DNA of 64,000 bases from a virus, in the IMG/VR virus record IMGVR_UViG_3300005264_000009, positions 1 to 64,000 of that record; one strand, given 5' to 3'. Made by a program: the position numbers and the translations under genes. Shown here piece after piece: positions 1 to 8,158 of this stretch. The notes under the pieces are model-generated. The model saw only the letters and a list, made by a program, of their open reading frames with translations, had not been told where the DNA came from and ran no database searches. Position 1 is the first letter of the stretch. Each line of letters begins with the position of its first letter.

Positions 1-86
1 TTGGTTTGGTAATAGCTTGGCTTGGCTTGGCAATAGCTGGGCTTGGCTTGGTAATAGCTGGGCTTGGCTTGGCTTGGTAATAGTTG
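1..86. repeat. Tandem pentamer repeat (CTTGG/CTGGG runs punctuated by AATAG)
   Basis: ttggt ttggt aatag cttgg cttgg cttgg c aatag ctggg cttgg cttgg t aatag...; truncated by the window edge. Confidence 0.85.
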
Positions 87-122
87 TTTTAAAAATATTA
101 TATAACAAAGAGGAAGATTAAA

Positions 123-620
123 ATGCATATTTCTAAAAGGAATAAAAATTTAGGGCAAAAAAAAGCTGATGAATTTTTGTATATTCCTTGCAAGAAATGC
201 AATTTTATTTTCAATTTCAATATTTTTAAACACGAGGCAGATGTATCGGCATATGTTATATCCAAAGATGTTGGATATACGGAGCATGTGCAGGCGATGA
301 ATGCTGAGCTATACAATAATTTGGATTCTCAAATGCTATGCGGATTTGGTGAAAATGCCAATTTATTAAAGATAAGTGATATGAAATTAATAATTAATCG
401 ATTGATTGATTTTATTAATTACTTACATAAAAAGTATAGCTTTCATATAATAGATGACTTTTATTTTCGTCCTGTGGATAAGAGTCGTTATGATAGTACG
501 CTATATATTGTACGTCGGATATTGAAAGATCCGCGGTGCATTTACAATGAGTGGAATTTAGAACACTCATATACAGCTACAGATCATGAATTTCATGGGA
601 CGATAGGCATAGTAACATGA
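123..620 (+). CDS. Hypothetical protein
   Basis: 165 aa ORF, GAGGA RBS, overlaps next start (ATGA). Confidence 0.65.
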   Translation: MHISKRNKNLGQKKADEFLYIPCKKCNFIFNFNIFKHEADVSAYVISKDVGYTEHVQAMNAELYNNLDSQMLCGFGENANLLKISDMKLIINRLIDFINYLHKKYSFHIIDDFYFRPVDKSRYDSTLYIVRRILKDPRCIYNEWNLEHSYTATDHEFHGTIGIVT

Positions 621-976
621 GATATTATCACGGTACGAAATGCAAGGGATTGAAATGCTTAGAATCTCTTGACGTATTACGAATGAAGGGGTTATGTCCT
701 TCAGGTAGTACAGATGCGTATCGTGATAATTTTACAGATGCTGTATTTGTTACATCTGATAGAGATGTGGCATTACAGTATGCTGGGTTAGATGGTGTAG
801 TTTATGAGGTTATGCCGATTAATCCAGTTTTATATAGTATAGCATTTGAGGAACGGATGCTATCTGGTGCATTTACTGGAAAGAGTAGATGCTTATTGAA
901 AAAGAAATTAAAAAAATTGAAGAAATGCCGTAATAGTCATTCGAATTATATTTGTGATTATGCGAGCATTTTATAG
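617..976 (+). CDS. Putative ADP-ribosyltransferase-fold protein (Arr/PARP-like)
   Basis: YYHGT ... VFVT ... ALQYAG..GVVYEV pattern typical of small phage ART-fold proteins. Confidence 0.5.
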   Translation: MRYYHGTKCKGLKCLESLDVLRMKGLCPSGSTDAYRDNFTDAVFVTSDRDVALQYAGLDGVVYEVMPINPVLYSIAFEERMLSGAFTGKSRCLLKKKLKKLKKCRNSHSNYICDYASIL

Positions 977-985
977 GAGGAAGTT

Positions 986-1096
986 ATGGGTGATTTTGAA
1001 GTGGAATTTGGGAATATAGTATTTGATGATAGTTTTGGTAGTTTTGAGGAAGAAGTGGAAGAGAATGATTTTGAAATATATGCAACGGAGGAATAA
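986..1096 (+). CDS. 36-aa highly acidic peptide
   Basis: AGGAGG RBS; MGDFEVEFGNIVFDDSFGSFEEEVEENDFEIYATEE, 14 D/E and no K/R. Confidence 0.7.
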   Translation: MGDFEVEFGNIVFDDSFGSFEEEVEENDFEIYATEE

Positions 1097-1194
1097 CGCA
1101 TATATTTTGAAAATAATTTAATTGTTTTATGGTTATGGTGATTGCCAATGTGAAATATCACCAAGTTTATTAATGCACTAATTAGGAGGAAGTT

Positions 1195-1467
1195 ATGCGT
1201 ATTTCAAAAATTAGAACAATGTTAGAAGTGGCAGGTTATGCAATAAACTACAAAAACATTATTGACTGTATCGAAGATGCAGTTACAGATGTTAATGATG
1301 ACGGTACGATTACCGTCTATGGTTGGGACGAAATTTGGCAGGAGCATAAGTGTTATGAGTTTAATTTGGCTGATATAGTACATGGTCGGTTGGTACTTAA
1401 TATGGTGGGTTTTCGGACTGCATTTCAGCGTTGGCTGTTATGGAGTCGTTTGGAGCGAATGAGTTAG
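1195..1467 (+). CDS. Hypothetical protein, paralogue of 9637..10113
   Basis: KIRTMLEVAG..YKNI and GFRTAFQRWLLW match KVKKMLEMAG..FKNI and GFKTSMQRFLLW. Confidence 0.8.
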   Translation: MRISKIRTMLEVAGYAINYKNIIDCIEDAVTDVNDDGTITVYGWDEIWQEHKCYEFNLADIVHGRLVLNMVGFRTAFQRWLLWSRLERMS

Positions 1468-1654
1468 ATTTTGAATTATGCTTTATCATTCGGCATTCTT
1501 GAAAAAGGGTGTCGAATGAGTTTTATTTTTTTATTTAAAGGAATTAGCATTTAGTTAATTTTTTTAAATAAATGAATAAAATAAAAATTAAATCTCAATT
1601 TGAATTTGCATTCGGCATTCTCAAAAAAGGGGGTTTAAAATTTGGAGGATGATT

Positions 1655-1750
1655 ATGAAAGATGAAATTATTGAATTGTTGGAATGCATCGGAACAGTAG
1701 GTGCATTTCTAATGATGGAAGTTTCATTTATCCTTGCGATTGCAGGATAA
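1655..1750 (+). CDS. 31-aa small hydrophobic protein (array cargo)
   Basis: GGAGG RBS after hairpin C; MKDEIIELLECIGTVGAFLMMEVSFILAIAG. Confidence 0.6.
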   Translation: MKDEIIELLECIGTVGAFLMMEVSFILAIAG

Positions 1751-1899
1751 ATGAAACTTGATTCGCATTCGGCATTCTAAGAAAAGGGTGTCGAATGATG
1801 TTTTATTTATTATTTTTTATTATTTTTTATTAAATTCTCAATTTGAGTTTGCATTCGGCATTCTTAGAAAAGGGGGTTTAAAATTTGGAGGAATTGAAA

Positions 1900-2235
1900 A
1901 TGAGTAAATTTGAAAAAATGTTGGAAAAGATGGAAATGAATAAAGTTAATGAAAATTTAACAGTTGAGCATTCTGAATGGGAAAGCAAAACTGGTAGTAC
2001 CATAGCAATGCACATTCAGTGGGAGGGTGCATCTGAGTGGGAAATGGCAGAATTTGATGAATTTTTAAAATGCGGGGATGGAACAGCATCTTGCACAAAC
2101 ACTTATGAAATGATAGATGGGAAGGAAGTTCAAGGATGCTGGGCAACATATCCTTTATTGAAGTGTGTCTCTCAAACGGGATGCACTGGAGTTTTTAAAC
2201 CACCATGTAAATGGTGTTCATATTTGAGAGAATAA
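1900..2235 (+). CDS. Hypothetical protein (array cargo; ExxEFxxF family)
   Basis: GGAGG RBS after hairpin C; shares motif with 3276, 3761 and 17593. Confidence 0.8.
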   Translation: MSKFEKMLEKMEMNKVNENLTVEHSEWESKTGSTIAMHIQWEGASEWEMAEFDEFLKCGDGTASCTNTYEMIDGKEVQGCWATYPLLKCVSQTGCTGVFKPPCKWCSYLRE

Positions 2236-2403
2236 AATATGGTGTATCATTCGGCATTCTTGAAAAAGGGTGTCGAATGATGTTTTATTTTTTTATTTAA
2301 GGGAATTAAATGCTAATTCCTTTAAATAAATGAATAAAAATTAAATTTCATTTTGGGTTTGCATTCGGTGGATTCAAAAAAGGGGATTTAAAAATTGGAG
2401 GAA

Positions 2404-2652
2404 ATGATTATGTTGAATATTATAGCAACCAGAATGGATGACAAAATGCGAGTGCAGATGGTTGGGATTTTGAGCAATGCTAAAGAGGAAAAAAGATTCA
2501 AAGCATTTTGTAAGGGGCAGTTGGTCTATTGGCTGTATGACAAAAATACCAAAAAAGGATATGCCGAGAAAAATCTGTACATAAATGACATTTGGTGCAA
2601 GAAATTGTACTGTGTGAGGGGATGCAGGATTAAGCCTATGCCCTTACCTTAA
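2404..2652 (+). CDS. Hypothetical protein (array cargo)
   Basis: GGAGG RBS after hairpin C; ends just before hairpin A. Confidence 0.8.
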   Translation: MIMLNIIATRMDDKMRVQMVGILSNAKEEKRFKAFCKGQLVYWLYDKNTKKGYAEKNLYINDIWCKKLYCVRGCRIKPMPLP

Positions 2653-2872
2653 ATATGGTTATCATTCGGCATTCTTGAAAAAGGGTGTCGAATGAGTTTT
2701 TGTTGGTTTATTTAAGGGAATTAGCATTCGGTTAATTCCTTTAAATAAATGAATAAAAAAATCTCAATTTGAATTTACATAGTGTATTTTCAAAAAAAGG
2801 GGTTTAAATGGTTTGTTGTGGGATGACCTGGCATTTACGCCGAATAACATGACCACATAATTAAAAAGGAGA

Positions 2873-3094
2873 ATGATTATGATAAATCTATATTCAAGAT
2901 GTTGGACAGAGAATTACATTGAAGGATTTGCAAGAAATATTAAATGTGAAAGGTGTGGGAAAGATGCGAGATGGACGCTACATGGTAAATCAAAAACATT
3001 GCATGATACTTGGACAATATGCAACAAGTGTTGTGAAATGTTTCATAAAGAATATAAACGAAGTATTCCTGCATTTTTAGGTGATGCAGGATAA
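2873..3094 (+). CDS. Small CxxC..CxxC zinc-ribbon-like protein (array cargo)
   Basis: AGGAG RBS; CERC...CNKC. Confidence 0.75.
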   Translation: MIMINLYSRCWTENYIEGFARNIKCERCGKDARWTLHGKSKTLHDTWTICNKCCEMFHKEYKRSIPAFLGDAG

Positions 3095-3275
3095 TTTGGA
3101 TTTGCATTCGGCATTCGGCACTCTTAGAAAAGGGTGTCGAATGATCTTTTGTTTTTTTATTTAAGGGAATTAAAATGTTAGTTCTTTTAAATAAATGAAT
3201 AAAAATTAAATTTCAATTTGGATTTGCATTCGGCATATTCAAAAAAAGGGATTTAAAATTTGGAGGGAATTGATT

Positions 3276-3527
3276 ATGAGTGAAAATCTTTTAAAGAAAA
3301 AAGAATGTTGGTCAAAGTGGAATGTAGGGGTAGGGCATACACTTACCATGCAGATCAACAAAAGAAGGGCAAATACTGCTGAGAATGCAGAGTTTGAGGC
3401 ATTTGCCCTTAAATGTGGAGAAAGTAAGAATGGTAGTACAGGAAAGACATGGGCTGTCTTGAATGTTTTAGACCAATCATATCGGGAGCATTTAGGGAGT
3501 GAATATGACTCCCGATATGATAATTAA
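3276..3527 (+). CDS. Hypothetical protein (array cargo; ExxEFxxF family)
   Basis: GGAGG RBS; ANTAENAEFEAFALKCG. Confidence 0.8.
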   Translation: MSENLLKKKECWSKWNVGVGHTLTMQINKRRANTAENAEFEAFALKCGESKNGSTGKTWAVLNVLDQSYREHLGSEYDSRYDN

Positions 3528-3760
3528 AATTGAGTTTACATTCGGCACTCTTAGAAAAGGGTGTCGAATGCTTTTTATGTTTTATTTTTTTATTTAAGGG
3601 AATTATCACTTGGCATTTAATTCCCTTACATAAGTAAATAAAAATTAAATTCCAATTTGAATTTACATAGTGTATTTTCAAAAAAAGGGGTTTAAATGGT
3701 TTGTTGTGGGAGGACTTGGCATTTACGCCGAATAACATGACCACATAATTAAAAAGGAGA

Positions 3761-4045
3761 ATGATTATGATGACAGAAAAAGAATATGTAATGTGTTGTG
3801 AGATCGTGAAAAACAATAGAGAATGGAACTTATGTGCATACCATTCTAATGATTATAATGCCATGATAATTGAATGGCATGTGGATTATAATAAAAGTTC
3901 AACCGATGAGATTAATGAATTTGAAAGATTCATCAATCTCATTGGGGAGTATAGAGACAGTACCCGTTATCTATGCACATTAATAGATGATGATGATGGG
4001 GAAATGGATTGTGGATGCATAGAGTTCCACATTCCCGATTTTTAA
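3761..4045 (+). CDS. Acidic hypothetical protein (array cargo; ExxEFxxF family)
   Basis: AGGAG RBS; SSTDEINEFERFINLIG. Confidence 0.8.
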   Translation: MIMMTEKEYVMCCEIVKNNREWNLCAYHSNDYNAMIIEWHVDYNKSSTDEINEFERFINLIGEYRDSTRYLCTLIDDDDGEMDCGCIEFHIPDF

Positions 4046-4050
4046 AAGAT

Positions 4051-4100
4051 GAAAAGCCTTGTGGCATTTGCTGCAGGGCTTTTCGTGTTTTCGTTTTTAT
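4051..4100 (+). terminator. Intrinsic terminator-like hairpin (repeated at 6436-6485)
   Basis: GAAAAGCCTTGTGGC-ATTT-GCTGCAGGGCTTTTC followed by T-rich tail. Confidence 0.7.
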
Positions 4101-4176
4101 ATTGCCAGAAAATGGTGTCGATGGCTACCTATTGGAAAATGCCATCATTTTATTTCAAATTTAGGGGATTTGAACT

Positions 4177-4269
4177 ATGAATGCTTTTGAAGACATAATG
4201 ATATGTGCTACAAATTCTGTAGCATTTATTTTTATCTTTGTTCTCATTTTGTTCTATTTTGGGGCATAA
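4177..4269 (+). CDS. 30-aa putative membrane peptide
   Basis: AGGGG RBS; MNAFEDIMICATNSVAFIFIFVLILFYFGA. Confidence 0.55.
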   Translation: MNAFEDIMICATNSVAFIFIFVLILFYFGA

Positions 4270-4345
4270 TGAGAACAGGGGTTTAAAGGTTTTGATGGCT
4301 ACCTATGGAAAATGCCATCATTAAAATTTTATCGGAGGAATTATT

Positions 4346-4522
4346 ATGAGTTTTTTTGGCGGAGTGGCTGAATGGGCAGATGCTACAACACCATCTGTTG
4401 AATTACCATCTCATGAATGCCCTTGTTGTGAACTAAATGTTTATGATGAGGATTTTCGTGAGATGGGAAGTGATGAACCAGTTTGTAAGCATTGTTTTGA
4501 TGCTTTACAAAGTGATGAATAA
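4346..4522 (+). CDS. 58-aa acidic CxxC..CxxC protein
   Basis: GGAGG RBS; CPCC...CKHC. Confidence 0.7.
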   Translation: MSFFGGVAEWADATTPSVELPSHECPCCELNVYDEDFREMGSDEPVCKHCFDALQSDE

Positions 4523-4584
4523 ATCTCATTTTGGGAATGCATTCGGTATTCCCAAAAAAAGGGTTTTAAAAATTGGAGGAAATT

Positions 4585-4914
4585 ATGTGTATCAAAACAG
4601 ATGTTAATGAAATTTTTGCAAATCTTCCCATTCCTGAAACAAAGAATGAGGAAGATATATTCGGTGCGACAATAATGTTGCATCGTATAATTAATGAAAA
4701 TGGTACTGATATAAATATGGATGAAATATGGAGTATGGAAAGAATGATACTGCCATTGATATGCAGATTACATAATAATGAGAAGTTGTTCTTTGATGGT
4801 TATTATGCCATTAAGGAATGCCTCAAAAAACACATTCAGGTACAGAATGCTAAACTGGTATTGGAAAATGCTAAACTGGTATTGGAAAATGCCAAAAAAG
4901 CATTAAATAAATAA
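4585..4914 (+). CDS. Hypothetical protein (array cargo)
   Basis: GGAGG RBS after hairpin C; 21-nt tandem repeat gives NAKLVLE x2. Confidence 0.8.
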   Translation: MCIKTDVNEIFANLPIPETKNEEDIFGATIMLHRIINENGTDINMDEIWSMERMILPLICRLHNNEKLFFDGYYAIKECLKKHIQVQNAKLVLENAKLVLENAKKALNK

Positions 4915-4977
4915 ATTAAATCTCATTTTGGGAGTGCATTGTGTGTTGCCAAAATGAGATTTAAAAATTTGGAGGAA

Positions 4978-5316
4978 ATGATTATGGGTAAGAGATTCAA
5001 AAAAATGATTTTAATTGGTGTTATGGGATTGAGCTTGGCATTTCCAAGTACATTAGTGTCGTATGCAGATGAGCTTGTAAATGTAATTCTGCTGAAAGAT
5101 GCTTATAAAATTGAAGATGAATATGGTAAAACAGTTACCATAATTGAATGTTATGAAAAGAGAATGATACAGGGTCATATGTATCATAAGGAAATGGAAT
5201 TGCTTGGTTTTGGTAAACAGGCATTAATGACAGAAGAGAAGAAAAAAGGGATGAGGATTGAATGTATTATTGAGAAAAGTAATCATTCATATAGTATATT
5301 AAAAATCATAAAATAA
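4978..5316 (+). CDS. Putative secreted or membrane-anchored protein
   Basis: GGAGG RBS; signal-peptide-like start KRFKKMILIGVMGLSLAFPSTLVSYA. Confidence 0.7.
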   Translation: MIMGKRFKKMILIGVMGLSLAFPSTLVSYADELVNVILLKDAYKIEDEYGKTVTIIECYEKRMIQGHMYHKEMELLGFGKQALMTEEKKKGMRIECIIEKSNHSYSILKIIK

Positions 5317-5395
5317 ATGGATTAATGGTTTTGATGGTTTTGATGGCTACCAATTTTAAAATGCCATCATAAATTCAAATTTAGGGGATTTGAAA

Positions 5396-5704
5396 ATGCG
5401 TTTTGAGTTTACAGGAAAAACCAAAATGATGGGTAATGTCATTTTGAAACAAATTTATGATCCACGTTCCATTAAAGTTGGCGGATGGATTGAAAAGAGA
5501 GAAAACCTGATTGAGAATGCATGGATTTCTGGGAATGCCTGCATTTTTGGAAATGCGATAGCATCTGGTTTTTCTCAAATTTCTGGAAATGCAAGTGTTT
5601 CTGGAAATGCTACCATTTCAGGTGATGCTGTTGTTAGAAATATGATAGTGAATGGTAGTACGGTAATAAATGGTTCAAAAATATTTAAATGTAGGAGGAG
5701 TTAA
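5396..5704 (+). CDS. Left-handed beta-helix hexapeptide-repeat protein (YdcK-like), short
   Basis: FTGKT..GGWIE..NL.. then (G)NAxIx repeats. Confidence 0.8.
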   Translation: MRFEFTGKTKMMGNVILKQIYDPRSIKVGGWIEKRENLIENAWISGNACIFGNAIASGFSQISGNASVSGNATISGDAVVRNMIVNGSTVINGSKIFKCRRS

Positions 5705-5754
5705 AATGACTTGTTATGTTGCTAAATAAAACTTTAAAAAAATAAAAAAATAGC

Positions 5755-5783
5755 TTGACTTCCCTTGTATAGTGTGCTATAAG
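5755..5783 (+). promoter_or_regulatory. sigma70-type promoter
   Basis: TTGACT-17-TATAAG with extended TG; near-identical copies at 10283 and 11975. Confidence 0.8.
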
Positions 5784-5914
5784 GAAGCCAAACAATAAAA
5801 TTTATTGGTTATACTAATTGACCAGCATTCTCAAATGTGGGAAGCAAATAATATTATTAGAAAAGGGTATTAATTCCCTTGCATTTACGCAAAAAATTAA
5901 AATTAAAAAAGGAA

Positions 5915-6430
5915 ATGATTATGAAATTTTTAGCCGTTTATACATCAAAAGAGGCAATCGAAACAGGCAAATGTGCAATGTTAAGACTTTTAGAATGGGA
6001 TGATTTTTATCCCATGCACAACAAATTATTTGGAACAGGTCAAGTTTACACAGCACCCAATGATAGCCGATATTATTGGGAGAAAAATGGTAAAAATGTT
6101 GTTGAATTAGAGTTAAATGAGATGAACGGTCAAAGTGTTGCATGGCATTCATGCGGTGGAAATAGTATAGCGTACCAACATACATATATAAATGGTGTGG
6201 AGTGTATGCTTGTATGCATTAAATCAAGGAGGCATGGCATTCCTTGCAGTGCAATGAAGGGTTTTGAACCATCGGAGGTCATTTATTATAAAAGTAGTGC
6301 CGAATGGTGGGGTCCATTTGACACGCTGGATGATCATCCAAATGATAAAGAACTTTTTGAACCACCTTCCGAATGGGAGGATGGTGATGAATATAGCGAT
6401 CCAAAGAAAGAGAGAATGAGTCGCTTTTAA
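5915..6430 (+). CDS. Hypothetical protein
   Basis: AAGGA RBS, ATGATTATG start like neighbouring genes; followed by terminator. Confidence 0.75.
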   Translation: MIMKFLAVYTSKEAIETGKCAMLRLLEWDDFYPMHNKLFGTGQVYTAPNDSRYYWEKNGKNVVELELNEMNGQSVAWHSCGGNSIAYQHTYINGVECMLVCIKSRRHGIPCSAMKGFEPSEVIYYKSSAEWWGPFDTLDDHPNDKELFEPPSEWEDGDEYSDPKKERMSRF

Positions 6431-6435
6431 AAATG

Positions 6436-6485
6436 AAGAGCCTTGTGGCATTTGCCACAGGGCTTTTCGTGTTTTCGTTTTTATT
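6436..6485 (+). terminator. Intrinsic terminator-like hairpin
   Basis: GAAGAGCCTTGTGGC-ATTT-GCCACAGGGCTTTTC followed by T-rich tail. Confidence 0.7.
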
Positions 6486-6535
6486 TAAAGGAATTAATTA
6501 TGAATGTAAAATTCACTGGAAAGTTTAAAAGGAGA

Positions 6536-7261
6536 ATGGTTATGAATTTTAATTTTACAGGAAAAACAATGGAAGTAGCATACACAACAGTTCACCAGAT
6601 TGAAAGAGATGGTGAAATTGGTGGATGGATTGAACATATACATAATATCAGTGGTAATGGGTGGGTTACTGATGATGCTTGTGTGATGGGCAATGCTTGT
6701 GTGATGGGTGATGCCGTTGTAAGTGGTAAAGCCATCATAATGGACAGTGCCATCATTAAAGGCAATGCACATGTTATGGGTAATGTGTGCATTAAACATT
6801 ATGCAGTCATCGATGAATTTACATATATAAAAGATCATTGTGTAATAGGTGGTAATGCCATTATACAGGGAAATGCTATTATTGAAGGAAATACATTTAT
6901 TTCTGACAATGTTGAAGTTTTTGGTATGGCAAGAATTTCAGGAAACAATCATATAAATGACAAAGTGAAAATTCATGGGCATTCTCAAATTTTAGGTCAT
7001 GCTTGTATTTTTGAAAATGCAAGAATTTTTGAAAATTGTACAATTCGGGAACAAGCATCTGTTTCTGGGAATGCAAAAATACAAGGAAATGCTATTATTG
7101 AAGGAAATGCAGAAATAAACGATGAAAGTATCGTTTCAGGAATTGCTAAAGTACACGGAAATGCCAAAGTATCAGGGCATTCTTATGTGTCAAAAAATTC
7201 ACACATATTTGGAAGTGCTATTGTTAAAAACGAAAATATTATGGGTAAAGTAATGTTTTAA
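6536..7261 (+). CDS. LbH hexapeptide-repeat protein
   Basis: FTGKTME..GGWIE then many GNAxI/V hexapeptides. Confidence 0.88.
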   Translation: MVMNFNFTGKTMEVAYTTVHQIERDGEIGGWIEHIHNISGNGWVTDDACVMGNACVMGDAVVSGKAIIMDSAIIKGNAHVMGNVCIKHYAVIDEFTYIKDHCVIGGNAIIQGNAIIEGNTFISDNVEVFGMARISGNNHINDKVKIHGHSQILGHACIFENARIFENCTIREQASVSGNAKIQGNAIIEGNAEINDESIVSGIAKVHGNAKVSGHSYVSKNSHIFGSAIVKNENIMGKVMF

Positions 7262-7345
7262 ATAGTGATTTAAAATTATGGTTTTATAATGGTTATGGTG
7301 GTTACCTATTTTAAAATGCCACCAAAAAAATAATTTAAAAGGAGA

Positions 7346-8071
7346 ATGATTATGAGTTTTACATTTACAGGAAAAACTATGGAAGTGAATGGCAGAAAAG
7401 TACGACAAATTGAAAAAGATGGCATTATAGGAGGGTGGATTCAGAAAAGAGAAAACCTAATTGAGAATGCATGGGTAAGTGAAAATGCATGTGTATATGG
7501 TAAAGCTGTAATTTCTGGAAATGCTGTAATTTCTGGAAATGCACTTGTTAGTAATAGTGCAATGGTTATGGGAAATGCTTGTATTAGAGAGAATGCTTGC
7601 ATTAAACATTATTGTACTATTTGCGATAGTGCTGTAATTTCGGGGGATGCTGTAATAGGTGATAATGCACATATAGCAGGATATACGATTATTTGTGCAG
7701 ATGCATATGTATTCGGGGATGTAGAAATATCAGGTAATGCAAGAATTTTGGGGAATGCACATATTACTGGGAATGCTATTATTCGTGGTAATGCAAATAT
7801 TTTAGATTATGCAAAAATATTTGGAAATGCTGAAATTTTTGAAAATGCAAAAGTATTGGGAAATGCAGATGTTTCGGGGTGTTCAAAAATATTTGGGTAT
7901 GCCGTTATTGATGGTAATGCTGTTATATCTAATAATGCAATAATTTCTGGGGCATCTCATATTTATGGGGATGCCGAAGTTTCTGGGCATTCTTATGTGT
8001 CAAGAAACTCATTTATATTTGGTAGTTCCAAAATAAAAAATGAAGTTATTTTAGATAAAACAATGGGTTAA
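7346..8071 (+). CDS. LbH hexapeptide-repeat protein
   Basis: Paralogue of 6536 (shared VSGHSYVS.NS.IFGS end). Confidence 0.88.
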   Translation: MIMSFTFTGKTMEVNGRKVRQIEKDGIIGGWIQKRENLIENAWVSENACVYGKAVISGNAVISGNALVSNSAMVMGNACIRENACIKHYCTICDSAVISGDAVIGDNAHIAGYTIICADAYVFGDVEISGNARILGNAHITGNAIIRGNANILDYAKIFGNAEIFENAKVLGNADVSGCSKIFGYAVIDGNAVISNNAIISGASHIYGDAEVSGHSYVSRNSFIFGSSKIKNEVILDKTMG

Positions 8072-8158
8072 AATAACTTCTAAAATGACTTCTAATATTA
8101 GGTAAATGGTTAAGGTGGTTACCATTTTAAAATACCACCAAATTAATTTTAAAGGAGA

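Larger units (their letters stand above)
1486..4965 (+). repeat. Interspersed structured intergenic repeats (hairpins A, B, C) separating small ORFs
   Basis: A (TCATTCGGCATTCTT-GAAA-AAGGGTGTCGAATGA) at ~1486, 1766, 2247, 2662, 3112, 3539; B (TTTATTTAAGGGAATTA..TAATTCCTTTAAATAAA) in 5 units; C (TTAAATCTCAATTTG..CAAAAAAGGGGGTTTAA) at ~1588, 1830, 2341, 2760, 3206, 3645, 4520, 4916. Confidence 0.92.

Noticed and set aside
1486-3570. CRISPR array interpretation of hairpin A repeats
   Set aside because: Spacing is about 280-480 nt with genes between copies, and there are no cas genes; a Racr-like repeat mimic is not excluded but has no direct support.
4358-4430. tRNA-like 5' sequence GGCGGAGTGGCTGAATGGGCAGATGC
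   Set aside because: No T-arm (GTTCRA) or acceptor-stem complement; it lies within an ORF with a good RBS.
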